Positions 19,663 to 28,666 of a stretch of 64,000 nt of DNA are shown piece by piece. Source of the DNA: an uncultured Actinomycetota bacterium (GTDB lineage Bacteria; Actinomycetota; Actinomycetes; Propionibacteriales; Nocardioidaceae); the NCBI GenBank assembly GCA_963834275.1, contig CAWIBA010000006.1, positions 19,129 to 83,128 of the forward strand. The letters are read 5' to 3'. Position 1 is the first letter of the stretch; every line of letters begins with the position of its first letter. The notes beneath the pieces were generated by a model that was not told the origin of the DNA, did not search any database, and worked only from the letters and a program-made list of their open reading frames with translations. A program made the translations under genes and the position numbers.

Positions 19663-22600
19663 TCATGCTCCCGAGCTCCCCGGCGAGGAGTGCCACAGCT
19701 TGCGCGGCGCGGACTTGGCGTCCTCGCCGGCGGGCTTGATGTCGGCGTACGGCGACAGCTTGAACCCGCTCGAGTGCACCAGCACCCGGCGCCGGCCCAT
19801 CCCGCCGGCCGCACTGCCCGGGCTGGCCATCACCGGCCGGGACGCCCGGCTCTCCGCCGCGCCCTGGGTGGCGTCCTCCGCCGCGTCCCCGGCGGCGAAG
19901 CCCTCCGGCACCGCGGCCAGCACCTCGTGCACCCCGGCGAGACCCGCGCGCCGCCAGACGTCGTGCAGCGCGGACAGCTCCCAGCACCCGGTCGCCCGCA
20001 GCGAGACGCCGTGCCGGCCGGTGCGGCGCAGCTCGCCGCGCACCAGCAGCAGCCAGGACCCGAACACGGTGGCGGCGTAGGGCCCCTGGGCGTCCTCGAA
20101 GAAGGTCGCGTCGACCGGGCCGGTGCCGTCGTCGAGGGTGAGGAAGACGACCCGGCGCCCGGACCGGATCGGCGGGGTCTGGGTGGCCACCTTGACCCCG
20201 GCCACCAGCAGCTCGGAGCGGCTGCGGCGGTGCAGCAGGTCGGCCGACCGGGTCACCCCGAGCTCGTCGAGGAACCCGGCGTAGAAGTCGACGACGTGCC
20301 GGCTCACGTCGAGGCCGAGGATCTCCAGCTCGGCCCGGACGCGCTCGGAGGCGCTCATCTCGGGCAGCCCGGACACCTCCCCGGAGTAGAGGCTGTCGAC
20401 GGGTGCGTCGCCGAGGTCGAAGGCGAGCTGGACCGAGGTCACCGGGGCGGCCTTCCTGGTGGCCTGCGACTGCCGCGCGGCCTGCTCCCACACCCCGGCC
20501 TTCTGCCGGCTCGGGTGCAGGTGGGAGCCGTGGGCCGGGTTGGAGGGCTCCTCCCACGGCTCGCGTCCCGGGCGGGCGCCGGCCGGCCGCGGCGCCATCT
20601 CGTCACGCTGCCGGGCACGGACCAGCTCGTCGGAGCTGTTGGCCCGCGCGGCCTCGTCGGCACGGGCGGCCGCGGCGACCCGGCCACCGGCCGGCGCCCC
20701 GCGGGCGGCGATCCCGCGGCCCCGGCCCTTGCCGGCCCGGTCGACCGCCCGGGTGTGCCGGTCGAGGTCGGCCACCTGGAGCAGCAGGTCGCGGCGGGTC
20801 ACCCGGCCGCGGCGGCGCACCGCGTGCGGTGAGCCGATGCCGTAGATCGAGTCGAACGCGCCCGCGAGCACCAGCCGCTCGAGCACCGGCCGGGAGAGCC
20901 GGGCGCGGTGCCAGAAGTCGGTGAGGGAGTAGAACGGGTGGTCGGGCCCCTCCTCCGTCCGGCCGCCCCTGGCGGCCGTGATCCGGAGCACCTCGGCCTC
21001 CGAGATCCCCTTGACCTCGGCGAGCGCGAGCCGGATGCCGTAGCCGCGCCCGTCGGGCAGCTCCCCCTCGGGCGGCTGCCCCCCGGCCGCCCGGTCGCCC
21101 GGGTCGCACCGCTCCACGACGTAGTCCTTCTCGCTGCGGTTCACGTCGAGGCCGAGGACGGTGATGCCGAGCCGGCGGGCGTCGTCGAGGATCAGCCGCT
21201 TGGGGTACATGCCCGGGTCGTGGGTGAGCACGCCGGCCAGGAAGTGGGCCGGCCAGTGCGTCTTGAGCCAGGCCGACTGGTAGGTGGGCAGCGCGAACGC
21301 GGCCGCGTGGGCCTTGCAGAAGCCGAACGACGCGAACGCCTCGAGCACCTTCCACACCTCCTCGACCAGGCGGCGGGAGTAGCCGCGGCCGACCGCCCGC
21401 GGGAGGAACCACAGCCGGGTCTCCGCCATCCCCTCCACGTCGCCGAGCGCGCGCCGGGCCTCGTCGGCCTCGGCCAGGGTGCAGCCGGTGAACAGCGCGA
21501 TCATCTCGATCACCTGCTCGTGGAAGACCACCACGCCGTGGGTCTCGCCGAGGATCGGTCGCAGGTCGTCGTGCAGGTAGCGCGGCATCCGCCAGCCCTG
21601 CTTGGCGTCGAGGTAGGGCGTGATCATGTCGCTCTTGACCGGTCCGGGCCGGAACAGCGAGATGTCGGCGATCACCTCCTCGAAGGTGTCGATACCGGAC
21701 TTGCCCACGAGCTCGCGCTGCCCCGGGCTCTCGATCTGGAAGCAGCCGAGGGTCTTGCCGGTGGAGATCATCCGGAAGGTCGCCTCGTCGTCGAAGGGCA
21801 CCTGCGCCTCGTCGTCGAGGTCGACCCCGACCCCGTCGACCCGGCGGATCTCGGCCAGCGCGTGCGCCATCGAGGACTGCATCCGGATCCCGAGCACGTC
21901 GAGCTTGAGCAGGCCGAGGTCCTCGACGTCGTCCTTGTCGAACTGGCTCATCGGGAACCCGGCGTACGACGCCTCCACCGGGGTGCGGTCGAGCAGGGTG
22001 GCGTCGGAGAGGATGACGCCGCACGGGTGCACCGCGATGTGCCGGGGGAGCCCGTCGAGGCGTTCGGCGAGCCGGAACAGCAGGTCGAGCCGCTCCTCGC
22101 CGAGCCCCGAGGCCCGGAGCTCGGGCAGCTCGCGCAGCGCCACCCGGGCGTCGCGGGCCCGGATGTGCGGGAACGCCTTGGCGATCGCGTCGATCTCGCC
22201 GAGCGGCATGCCGAGCGCGGCCCCCACGTCGCGGACGGCGTGCCGGACCCGGTAGGTGTCCATCATCGAGACGCACACGCAGCGCTCGCCGCCGTAGCGG
22301 TCGAGGATCGCCTCGTAGACCTCGAGGCGGCGGGCCGACTCGACGTCGATGTCGATGTCGGGCAGCGCCTGCCGCAGCGGGGAGAGGAACCGCTCCATCA
22401 GCAGGTTGTGCCGCAGCGGGTCGACCCCGGAGACCCCGAGCAGGTAGTTGACCAGGCTCCCGGCCCCGGAGCCGCGGGCCGCGGAACGGACCCCCATCCC
22501 ACGGATCAGGTCGGTGACGTCGCCGACGGTGAGGAAGTAGGAGGCGTAGCCGAGCCGGGCGATCACGTCGAGCTCGTCGTCGAGCCGCTTCCAGACCCGC

Positions 22601-23724
22601 ATCTTGGGGCCGCTGCCGTAGCGGTGGCCGATGCCGGCCTCGCACCGGGCCCGCAGCAGGCCGTCGGCCGTGCGGGCCGCACCCGGCTCGGAGCCGCCCG
22701 CCCGGCCCCCGCTGGTGAGGGACAGCTCGGGGAAGTGCACCTCGCCCAGCCCGAGGTCGGCCCGCGGGTCGACCGCGCACCGGTCCGCGACCGCACGGGT
22801 GCGGGCCAGCAGCCGGCGGGCCTCCCGGTCGCTGTCGCCGAGACCGGCGAAGCGGCAGATCTCGTCGGCGACCTCGTGCATCTGCTTGCCGGACTTCAAG
22901 AACCCCTCCGCGTTGCCGCGGTCCAGGTGCCGCAGGTCGAGCGGCACCAGCCGCCGGGCCGCGTCGAGGACGTCGACCGTGGCGGCGTCGGCCCGGTCGG
23001 CGTAGCGGACCGCGTTGGTGAGGACCGCCGGGAGGTGCTGCTCCCGGGCCAGCCCCAGCATCCGGGCGGCGTGCGGCGACGACCCCGGACCGGACCCGGG
23101 CAGCCGGTGGGAGACCGCCTCCACCACCAGGTCGGCGGGATCGACGACCTCGCGCCAGGCCGCGAGCACCGCCCGGGCCAGGTCGTCGCGGCGCAGCGTG
23201 ACCGCCCGGCCCAGCTCGGAGCCGGGACCGAGCAGCACGAGCACGTCGCCGCCGGCGAGGTGCTCGGCGACGATCTCCAGGCTGGTGACGGGGGTGCCGC
23301 GCTCCCCCGCCAGGTGGGTGGCCGAGACCAGCCGGCACACCGCGGCCCAGCCCGCCCGGCCGGCCGCCAGGAAGGTGACCCGGGGCAGGCCGCCGCGGGC
23401 GGGGCCCGGATCGCGGAACGTCCCGCCCCGGGCCGGGGTCCGCGCGGCCCGGGACGGCTGCCCGGCCCGCCCGGCGCCACCGGCTCCGGCCGGGACCAGA
23501 CCCGAGGGCGCGATCGCGAGGTCCACCCCGAGGACGGGGCGCACCCCGCCCTGGAGGCAGGCCTTGGCGAACCGGACCGCGCCGTAGGTGCCGTCCCGGT
23601 CGGTGAGCGCGAGGGTGTCCATCTCCTGCTCGACGGCCCGCTCGACGAGGACGTGCGGGTGGGAGGCGCCGTGCTGCAGGGAGTAGCCGGACGCCACGTG
23701 GAGATGGACGAAGGGGTCGGGCAC
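19663..23724 (-). CDS. dnaE2: Error-prone DNA polymerase III alpha subunit DnaE2
   Basis: PHP domain (FVHLHVASGYS), RGSGAGSL, PDIDID, KLDVLG, FGFCKAHAAAFA and OB-fold motifs; ends LWHSSPGSSGA. Confidence 0.92.
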   Translation of the reverse strand: MPDPFVHLHVASGYSLQHGASHPHVLVERAVEQEMDTLALTDRDGTYGAVRFAKACLQGGVRPVLGVDLAIAPSGLVPAGAGGAGRAGQPSRAARTPARGGTFRDPGPARGGLPRVTFLAAGRAGWAAVCRLVSATHLAGERGTPVTSLEIVAEHLAGGDVLVLLGPGSELGRAVTLRRDDLARAVLAAWREVVDPADLVVEAVSHRLPGSGPGSSPHAARMLGLAREQHLPAVLTNAVRYADRADAATVDVLDAARRLVPLDLRHLDRGNAEGFLKSGKQMHEVADEICRFAGLGDSDREARRLLARTRAVADRCAVDPRADLGLGEVHFPELSLTSGGRAGGSEPGAARTADGLLRARCEAGIGHRYGSGPKMRVWKRLDDELDVIARLGYASYFLTVGDVTDLIRGMGVRSAARGSGAGSLVNYLLGVSGVDPLRHNLLMERFLSPLRQALPDIDIDVESARRLEVYEAILDRYGGERCVCVSMMDTYRVRHAVRDVGAALGMPLGEIDAIAKAFPHIRARDARVALRELPELRASGLGEERLDLLFRLAERLDGLPRHIAVHPCGVILSDATLLDRTPVEASYAGFPMSQFDKDDVEDLGLLKLDVLGIRMQSSMAHALAEIRRVDGVGVDLDDEAQVPFDDEATFRMISTGKTLGCFQIESPGQRELVGKSGIDTFEEVIADISLFRPGPVKSDMITPYLDAKQGWRMPRYLHDDLRPILGETHGVVVFHEQVIEMIALFTGCTLAEADEARRALGDVEGMAETRLWFLPRAVGRGYSRRLVEEVWKVLEAFASFGFCKAHAAAFALPTYQSAWLKTHWPAHFLAGVLTHDPGMYPKRLILDDARRLGITVLGLDVNRSEKDYVVERCDPGDRAAGGQPPEGELPDGRGYGIRLALAEVKGISEAEVLRITAARGGRTEEGPDHPFYSLTDFWHRARLSRPVLERLVLAGAFDSIYGIGSPHAVRRRGRVTRRDLLLQVADLDRHTRAVDRAGKGRGRGIAARGAPAGGRVAAAARADEAARANSSDELVRARQRDEMAPRPAGARPGREPWEEPSNPAHGSHLHPSRQKAGVWEQAARQSQATRKAAPVTSVQLAFDLGDAPVDSLYSGEVSGLPEMSASERVRAELEILGLDVSRHVVDFYAGFLDELGVTRSADLLHRRSRSELLVAGVKVATQTPPIRSGRRVVFLTLDDGTGPVDATFFEDAQGPYAATVFGSWLLLVRGELRRTGRHGVSLRATGCWELSALHDVWRRAGLAGVHEVLAAVPEGFAAGDAAEDATQGAAESRASRPVMASPGSAAGGMGRRRVLVHSSGFKLSPYADIKPAGEDAKSAPRKLWHSSPGSSGA

Positions 23725-23728
23725 GGTC

Positions 23729-24220
23729 TCAGCTCGCCCGGACCGAGGAGGAGCCGGCCGCGGCGCCGGTGGGCAGCCGCTCCTCGAAGGGGACGTGGCG
23801 GGTCAGGCCGAGCGCCTCCTCGACCAGGCCGAGGAACCGGTCGGCGTCGCGGACCAGGTCGTCGGCCTCCCGCTCGGTCACCGCGCGCACCGAGCCGGCC
23901 TCCGCCGCGGCTCGCTTGGCCGCTCCCGCGGAGAAGAACGTGGCCCACTCGGCGAGCTCGGGGGCCACCTCGGCCAGCAGCACCCAGGCGTTCTTCTGGG
24001 CGGGCCGCCGGCCGGACCGGCCGGTCAGCGGCGTGGCGCGGGCGGCCAGCAGCGCGGCGGTGGCCCGGAGCGCGGCGACGTGGGCCTGGGCGTAGCGCAG
24101 CGGCACCTCGGCGGTGGTCATCGCCTCCCGCAGGGACTCCGCGGCCCGGACGAGGTAGGCGTGGCTGGCCGCCGGCACATGGAGAGGGTGGGTCGGCTGG
24201 TGGGTCGGCTGGTGGGTCAT
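23729..24220 (-). CDS. SAV_6107-family HEPN domain protein
   Basis: RYAQAHVAALRATAALLAAR, NAWVLLAEVAPELAEWATFF and READDLVRDADRFL motifs; SD AGGAGG before the ATG at 24220. Confidence 0.85.
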   Translation of the reverse strand: MTHQPTHQPTHPLHVPAASHAYLVRAAESLREAMTTAEVPLRYAQAHVAALRATAALLAARATPLTGRSGRRPAQKNAWVLLAEVAPELAEWATFFSAGAAKRAAAEAGSVRAVTEREADDLVRDADRFLGLVEEALGLTRHVPFEERLPTGAAAGSSSVRAS

Positions 24221-24243
24221 CGTGTCCTCCTGGGTCCGCACGC

Positions 24244-24606
24244 TCAGTCCTCGCAGCGGGCGAGCCGCCAGCTGCCGTCGGCCCAGTCGAAGACGAGGTC
24301 GAAGACGCCGGTGCCGCTGCGGGCGGCGCCGATCCCGCGGGCCGCCTCGACCCGCCAGACCTCCCGCTCGGCGAGCAGGTCGGTGACGGTGCGGGTCCCT
24401 CCCCCCGGCGGGCCGTCGTCGGAGCCGAGCACGGCGTGCACGCCGGCGGACCGCCACCACGGCCCGGTCTCCACCCAGTGCGCGACCACGTCGCGCACCT
24501 TCCACAGCCGGCCCCGCCACAGGAACTGCTCGGGCCCCTCCTGGGCCCCGCCCGGGCCCTCCACCATCCCCCGGCGGACCTCCACCGGGTCGTCGTAGCG
24601 CCGCAT
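24244..24606 (-). CDS. DUF6504 family protein (ImuB C-terminal-like)
   Basis: PEQFLWRGRLWKVRDVVAHWVETGPWW...EVWRVEA...GVFDL...WRL; SD GAGGAGG. Confidence 0.8.
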   Translation of the reverse strand: MRRYDDPVEVRRGMVEGPGGAQEGPEQFLWRGRLWKVRDVVAHWVETGPWWRSAGVHAVLGSDDGPPGGGTRTVTDLLAEREVWRVEAARGIGAARSGTGVFDLVFDWADGSWRLARCED

Positions 24607-24676
24607 CCACCCCTCCTCGCTGGTCCGCCACGTCTCGGTGGGATGGGGTCGAGGTCACCCCACCGAGACGGGCCGT

Positions 24677-24692
24677 TCGAACACTTGTTCGA
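24677..24692. promoter_or_regulatory. LexA SOS box
   Basis: TCGAAC-ACTT-GTTCGA, a perfect actinobacterial consensus, with an overlapping degenerate copy at 24689-24704. Confidence 0.9.
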
Positions 24693-24703
24693 ACACACCT
24701 CCG

Positions 24704-24725
24704 ACGGTACACCGGGGTCCCGACA
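24704..24725 (-). promoter_or_regulatory. PafBC-type (RecA-NDp) promoter
   Basis: Minus strand TGTCGG-gaccccggtg-TA-ccg-T, an exact TGTCGG-N10-TA-N3-T match. Confidence 0.75.
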
Positions 24726-24800
24726 GGACGTCAACCCTTCGACCGAGACCGGGTCGGACGGGCTATCGCCGGGTCCCGGCGGCCACTAGGGTCCGTGGGC

Positions 24801-25274
24801 ATGAGCAACGAGCACTCCGCGATCGCCCACTTCCGCAGCGAGCTCGAGCGCCGGGGCGGCACCGGGCGCATCGTCGTCCTCCCCGACTCGGTGCACACCG
24901 CCGCGCTCGCCGCGCAGGCGCTGGGCTGCGAGGTCGGGGCGATCGCCAACAGCCTGCTCTTCGACGCCGACGGGCAGCCGGTGCTGATCCTCACCTCCGG
25001 CGCGCACCGGGTGGCCACCGACCGGGTCGCGGAGCGGATCGGCGTGTCCGCCCTGCGCCGCGCCACCCCCGACTTCGTCCGCGCGCACACCGGCCAGGTG
25101 ATCGGGGGCGTCTCCCCCATCGGCCACCCGGCGCAGGTGCCGACCTACATCGACCCCTGGCTGCGCAAGTACGACGAGGTGTGGGCCGCCGCGGGCCACC
25201 CGGCCGCCGTCTTCAGCAGCAGCTTCGACGAGCTCGTCGCGATGACCGGCGCGACGGAGACCGAGGTGGACTGA
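24801..25274 (+). CDS. YbaK/EbsC family aminoacyl-tRNA deacylase-like protein
   Basis: TAALAAQALGCEVGAIANSLLF, TGQVIGGVSPIGH and WAAAG motifs. Confidence 0.9.
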   Translation: MSNEHSAIAHFRSELERRGGTGRIVVLPDSVHTAALAAQALGCEVGAIANSLLFDADGQPVLILTSGAHRVATDRVAERIGVSALRRATPDFVRAHTGQVIGGVSPIGHPAQVPTYIDPWLRKYDEVWAAAGHPAAVFSSSFDELVAMTGATETEVD

Positions 25275-25293
25275 CCCGCGGCGGGCCGGACCG

Positions 25294-27162
25294 TCAGCCG
25301 CCCGGGAGCACGTCCACGTCGGTGGCCTTCACGAAGCCCATCCGCGAGCCGACCCACACCTGGTAGTAGCGCTCCTGGCCGGTGACCACCGTGTGGTCGT
25401 CGGGGATCGAGTCGTCGTAGGACTTGGCGTAGTAGTAGTCGGTCGGCACGGACTTGTCGGCGACCACGTAGGACTGTCCCGGCTTGATGGTGACGCCCGT
25501 GACCGGCTGCCCCTGGTAGGGGATCTGGGTGCCGGCGTAGGCATCGGCCTCGGGGTAGGCGCGGGCGTAGACCGGGACCTCGGTGTCGCCCCGGGGGGTG
25601 ACCACCTCGCCCTGCGAGGGCACCAGCGTCTCGTCGCCCTCGGGGTTGTGGACCCAGCCGGCCTGGCCGTTCCACCACACCTTGAACCAGTCGCCGACGC
25701 GGTCCACGACCAGCAGCTGGTGACCGGCCTTGACGCGGGCGCGGTCGTCGGAGACCCCGGTGGTGCCGCCGCCGACGAGCGGGGCGTCCTCGCGCGGCTC
25801 GGTGCGAAGGTAGGTGAAGTTGGTCCCGAACGTCGGGCAGGTGGAGCCGGCGCCGGTGCATCCGGTCAGGGCACGCTGGTTGTCGGTGAAGCCGGGCCGC
25901 ACCGTCCAGACGTCGCTCTTGCCGCGCCGGTCGGGCCGGATCGGGGCGTCCAGGAGCTTCATGTAGTGCTCCCAGTCCCAGTAGGGGCCCGGGTCCCAGT
26001 GCGTGCTGGTCGGCACCTGGTCGTGGCCGATCACGTGCGCCCGGTCGAGCGGGATGTCGTACTTCTCGGCGAGGTAGCCGACCAGGTCGGCCGACGACCG
26101 GTACATCGCCTCGGTGTACCACTGGCCCGGCTGAGCCGCGAAGCCCTCGTGCTCGAAGCCGACCGAGTGCATGTTGACGTACCAGTTGCCGGCGTGCGCG
26201 GCGACGTTGCGGGTCGCGACGTGCTGGGCGACGTGCCCGTCCTCGGAGCGCAGCGTGTAGTGCCAGGAGACGAACCGCGGCCCCTTGAGCAGGTTGACGC
26301 AGGTCTCGTAGGTGCACTCGGTGTTGTGCACCAGCAGGTAGTCGATCGAGAGCCCGTCGCGCGGCCGGTCGGCGAGGTCGTAGTTGACGTACTGGGTGGC
26401 CTTCGGGCCCGTCTTGCGGTACTCCGACTCGATGATCTCGCAGTCGAGGGTCGCCGGGCACTCGGCCTCCTGGACCCCGGGCACCAGCAGCCCCGCCGAC
26501 TCCAGGGCGGCGGCGTCGAGATCGGCTCCCGGCCGGGCCGCGAGGGTGACGGTGTCGCCGGTGTCGGTGGACACGGTGGCACCGGTGCGCAGCACGTCGA
26601 AGACCTGGCGGGCGAAGCGGACCGCCTCGTCCTCGGCGGCGGTGCCGGCGTAGAGCGCGACCGCCTTGCTCCAGGCGGCCGGACGCGCGGCGGTCGTGCG
26701 CGGCTGGTACGACGCGAGCACCGCGGCGCCCCCGCAGATGTTGGCGACGTGGTCGCGGCGCAGCCGGTCGGCGTCGGCGCCGGTGAGCTCGGCCGCCAGG
26801 GGCAGCGTGCCGGAACGTGCGGGAAGGCCACGGGCCGGGTCGCCCTTGGCGGCGCTGCCGGACGCCTCGACCGCGTGCTCGGTCAGGTGCATGACGCCGT
26901 ACCCGCCCGACGTGCTCGGCGCACCGGCGTGCTGGCTCCAGCGGGACTCGAGGTAGCCGACGGCGAGCAGCACGTCCTGCGGCACCCCGCTGACCTCCGC
27001 GGCCCGGGCGAAGGCGGCCTGGGTGTCGGTGGGGCCGTCGAGGCAGGCGCTCCAGTCCCGCGCCGCCGCCGCGGGCGTGGTGAGAGCGAGACCGACGAGC
27101 GCGAGGGCGCCGACCGCCGCACCCACTCCGAGCCGCAGCCGACCAGTCCGCGTGCGCGCCAC
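25294..27162 (-). CDS. Secreted N-acetylmuramoyl-L-alanine amidase (Amidase_2) with lysozyme-like N-terminal domain
   Basis: GTG start at 27162 with a signal peptide; YLESRW/GGYGVMHL; LLVHNTE, SWHY, HAGNW, GFEHEG and HWDPGPYWDW motifs. Confidence 0.85.
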   Translation of the reverse strand: MARTRTGRLRLGVGAAVGALALVGLALTTPAAAARDWSACLDGPTDTQAAFARAAEVSGVPQDVLLAVGYLESRWSQHAGAPSTSGGYGVMHLTEHAVEASGSAAKGDPARGLPARSGTLPLAAELTGADADRLRRDHVANICGGAAVLASYQPRTTAARPAAWSKAVALYAGTAAEDEAVRFARQVFDVLRTGATVSTDTGDTVTLAARPGADLDAAALESAGLLVPGVQEAECPATLDCEIIESEYRKTGPKATQYVNYDLADRPRDGLSIDYLLVHNTECTYETCVNLLKGPRFVSWHYTLRSEDGHVAQHVATRNVAAHAGNWYVNMHSVGFEHEGFAAQPGQWYTEAMYRSSADLVGYLAEKYDIPLDRAHVIGHDQVPTSTHWDPGPYWDWEHYMKLLDAPIRPDRRGKSDVWTVRPGFTDNQRALTGCTGAGSTCPTFGTNFTYLRTEPREDAPLVGGGTTGVSDDRARVKAGHQLLVVDRVGDWFKVWWNGQAGWVHNPEGDETLVPSQGEVVTPRGDTEVPVYARAYPEADAYAGTQIPYQGQPVTGVTIKPGQSYVVADKSVPTDYYYAKSYDDSIPDDHTVVTGQERYYQVWVGSRMGFVKATDVDVLPGG

Positions 27163-27356
27163 GGCGCACCCCTTTCCCGAGAGGATGCCCGGGCTGCCAC
27201 CCGGGCGACTCCCAGACAACCCCGGCATTCCCGGCGCCGTCAAGGGTTTCCGCCGACAATTTAGTCCGTTGGTCCACTCGAACCGGCCCGCGCGGAGGGC
27301 CGGTCGCGACCGCGCCCGACGTACGCGCCCGCACGAGGGGCCCCTAGGCTCCGGCC

Positions 27357-28664
27357 ATGGCACGCGTGGTGGTCGTCGGTGGCGGGATCGGGGGCACCGC
27401 GTCGGCCGCCCGGCTGGCCAAGCTCGGCCATGCGGTGACCGTCGTCGAGCGGCTCGACCGCCTCGGCGGCGCCGTCGGCTTCCTCGAGCAGGACGGGTTC
27501 CGCTGGGACACCGGACCCACCGCGACCGCGCTGCCGGCCGTCCTGCGGGACCTGTTCCGCAAGTCGGGGCGGCCGCTGGAGCGCGAGCTGGAGCTGGTGC
27601 CGGTCGACCCGATGCGCGAGCACCGGTTCGAGGACGGCACGGTGCTGCCGCTGCCGTCGGGCAGCCGGTCGGCGCAGCTGGACGCGGTCGACGCGGCGCT
27701 GGGCGCCGGAGCAGGCCGGGCCTGGGTGGACCACGTGCACACCTTCGCCGAGGCGTGGGACGCGCTCCGCCGGCACTACTTCGAGCGGCCCTACTCCCCC
27801 GACCGGCTGGACCCGTCGGCCGCCGCCCTGCTCCGCTCACGCTCGACCCTGCACCAGGTGGCGCGCCGGGCGTTCCGCAAGGACGACCGGCTGCGGCAGC
27901 TGGCTCTGACCCACGCCACCCTCGACGGGCACGACCCGCGCAACGTGCCGGCCTGGCTCGGGCTGCTGCACTACGTCGAGCAGAACTTCGGCACCTGGAC
28001 GGTCCCCGGCGGGCTGGGCGTGCTGGCAGAGACCATGACCAAGCGGCTCCGCGAGCGCCGGGTGGAGGTGCTGCTCGGCACCACCGTGCGCGACGTCGTG
28101 GTCCGCGACGGCCGGGCCGTCGGGGTGGCCACCTCCGCCGGGGACGTCGACGCCGACCTCGTCGTCTGCGCGGTCGACCCCCGCGGGCTGCCGGCCCTGG
28201 CCGCGCTGGTGCGCCGCACCATGCCCGCGCTGCCGCCGGTCGTGTCGCACCTGGGGCTGACGGGCGACCTCCCCGACCTGCCCCACGAGGTGGTGCTGCA
28301 CGGGGACCCGACCCTGGTGCTGCGCACCCACGGCTCGGCCCCCGAGGGCTGCGCCGCCTGGACGGTGCTCGGGCGCGGGCGACTCTCCGAGGACGTGCTC
28401 ACCGCCCTGGCCCGTCGCGGCATCGACGTCCGCGAGCAGGTGCAGGTCCGGGTGGACCGGTCACCTCGCGAGCAGGTGCTCGCCTGGGGCGGCTCGCCGT
28501 ACGGCGTGCTGTGGCAGGGCCGCGGCACCCTCCGGCACAAGCTCCGCACCGAGACCCCCGTGCCGGGCGTGTACTGCGCGGGCGCCCACGTGGCCGGCTC
28601 GACGGGCCTGCCGTTCGCCACCGTGACCGCGGCGGTCGTCGCCGAGCAGGTCGGCCCGGCCTGA
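27357..28664 (+). CDS. Phytoene desaturase-like FAD-dependent oxidoreductase
   Basis: VVVVGGGIGG, ERLDRLGG and GFRWDTGP motifs. Confidence 0.85.
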   Translation: MARVVVVGGGIGGTASAARLAKLGHAVTVVERLDRLGGAVGFLEQDGFRWDTGPTATALPAVLRDLFRKSGRPLERELELVPVDPMREHRFEDGTVLPLPSGSRSAQLDAVDAALGAGAGRAWVDHVHTFAEAWDALRRHYFERPYSPDRLDPSAAALLRSRSTLHQVARRAFRKDDRLRQLALTHATLDGHDPRNVPAWLGLLHYVEQNFGTWTVPGGLGVLAETMTKRLRERRVEVLLGTTVRDVVVRDGRAVGVATSAGDVDADLVVCAVDPRGLPALAALVRRTMPALPPVVSHLGLTGDLPDLPHEVVLHGDPTLVLRTHGSAPEGCAAWTVLGRGRLSEDVLTALARRGIDVREQVQVRVDRSPREQVLAWGGSPYGVLWQGRGTLRHKLRTETPVPGVYCAGAHVAGSTGLPFATVTAAVVAEQVGPA

Positions 28665-28666
28665 CG

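Noticed and set aside
24186-24218. 12-bp tandem repeat encoding THQP-THQP-THP at the HEPN N-terminus
   Set aside because: Short in-frame slippage repeat in a disordered leader; no sign of phase variation.
23729-24220. HEPN protein as toxin of a HEPN-MNT or defence system
   Set aside because: No adjacent MNT, no clear RxxxxH motif, and it sits in a DNA-damage operon; the NTase at 55869 is about 31 kb away.
27230-27260. PafBC motif upstream of the amidase (TGTCGG on the minus strand)
   Set aside because: No TA-N3-T element at the required N10 spacing.
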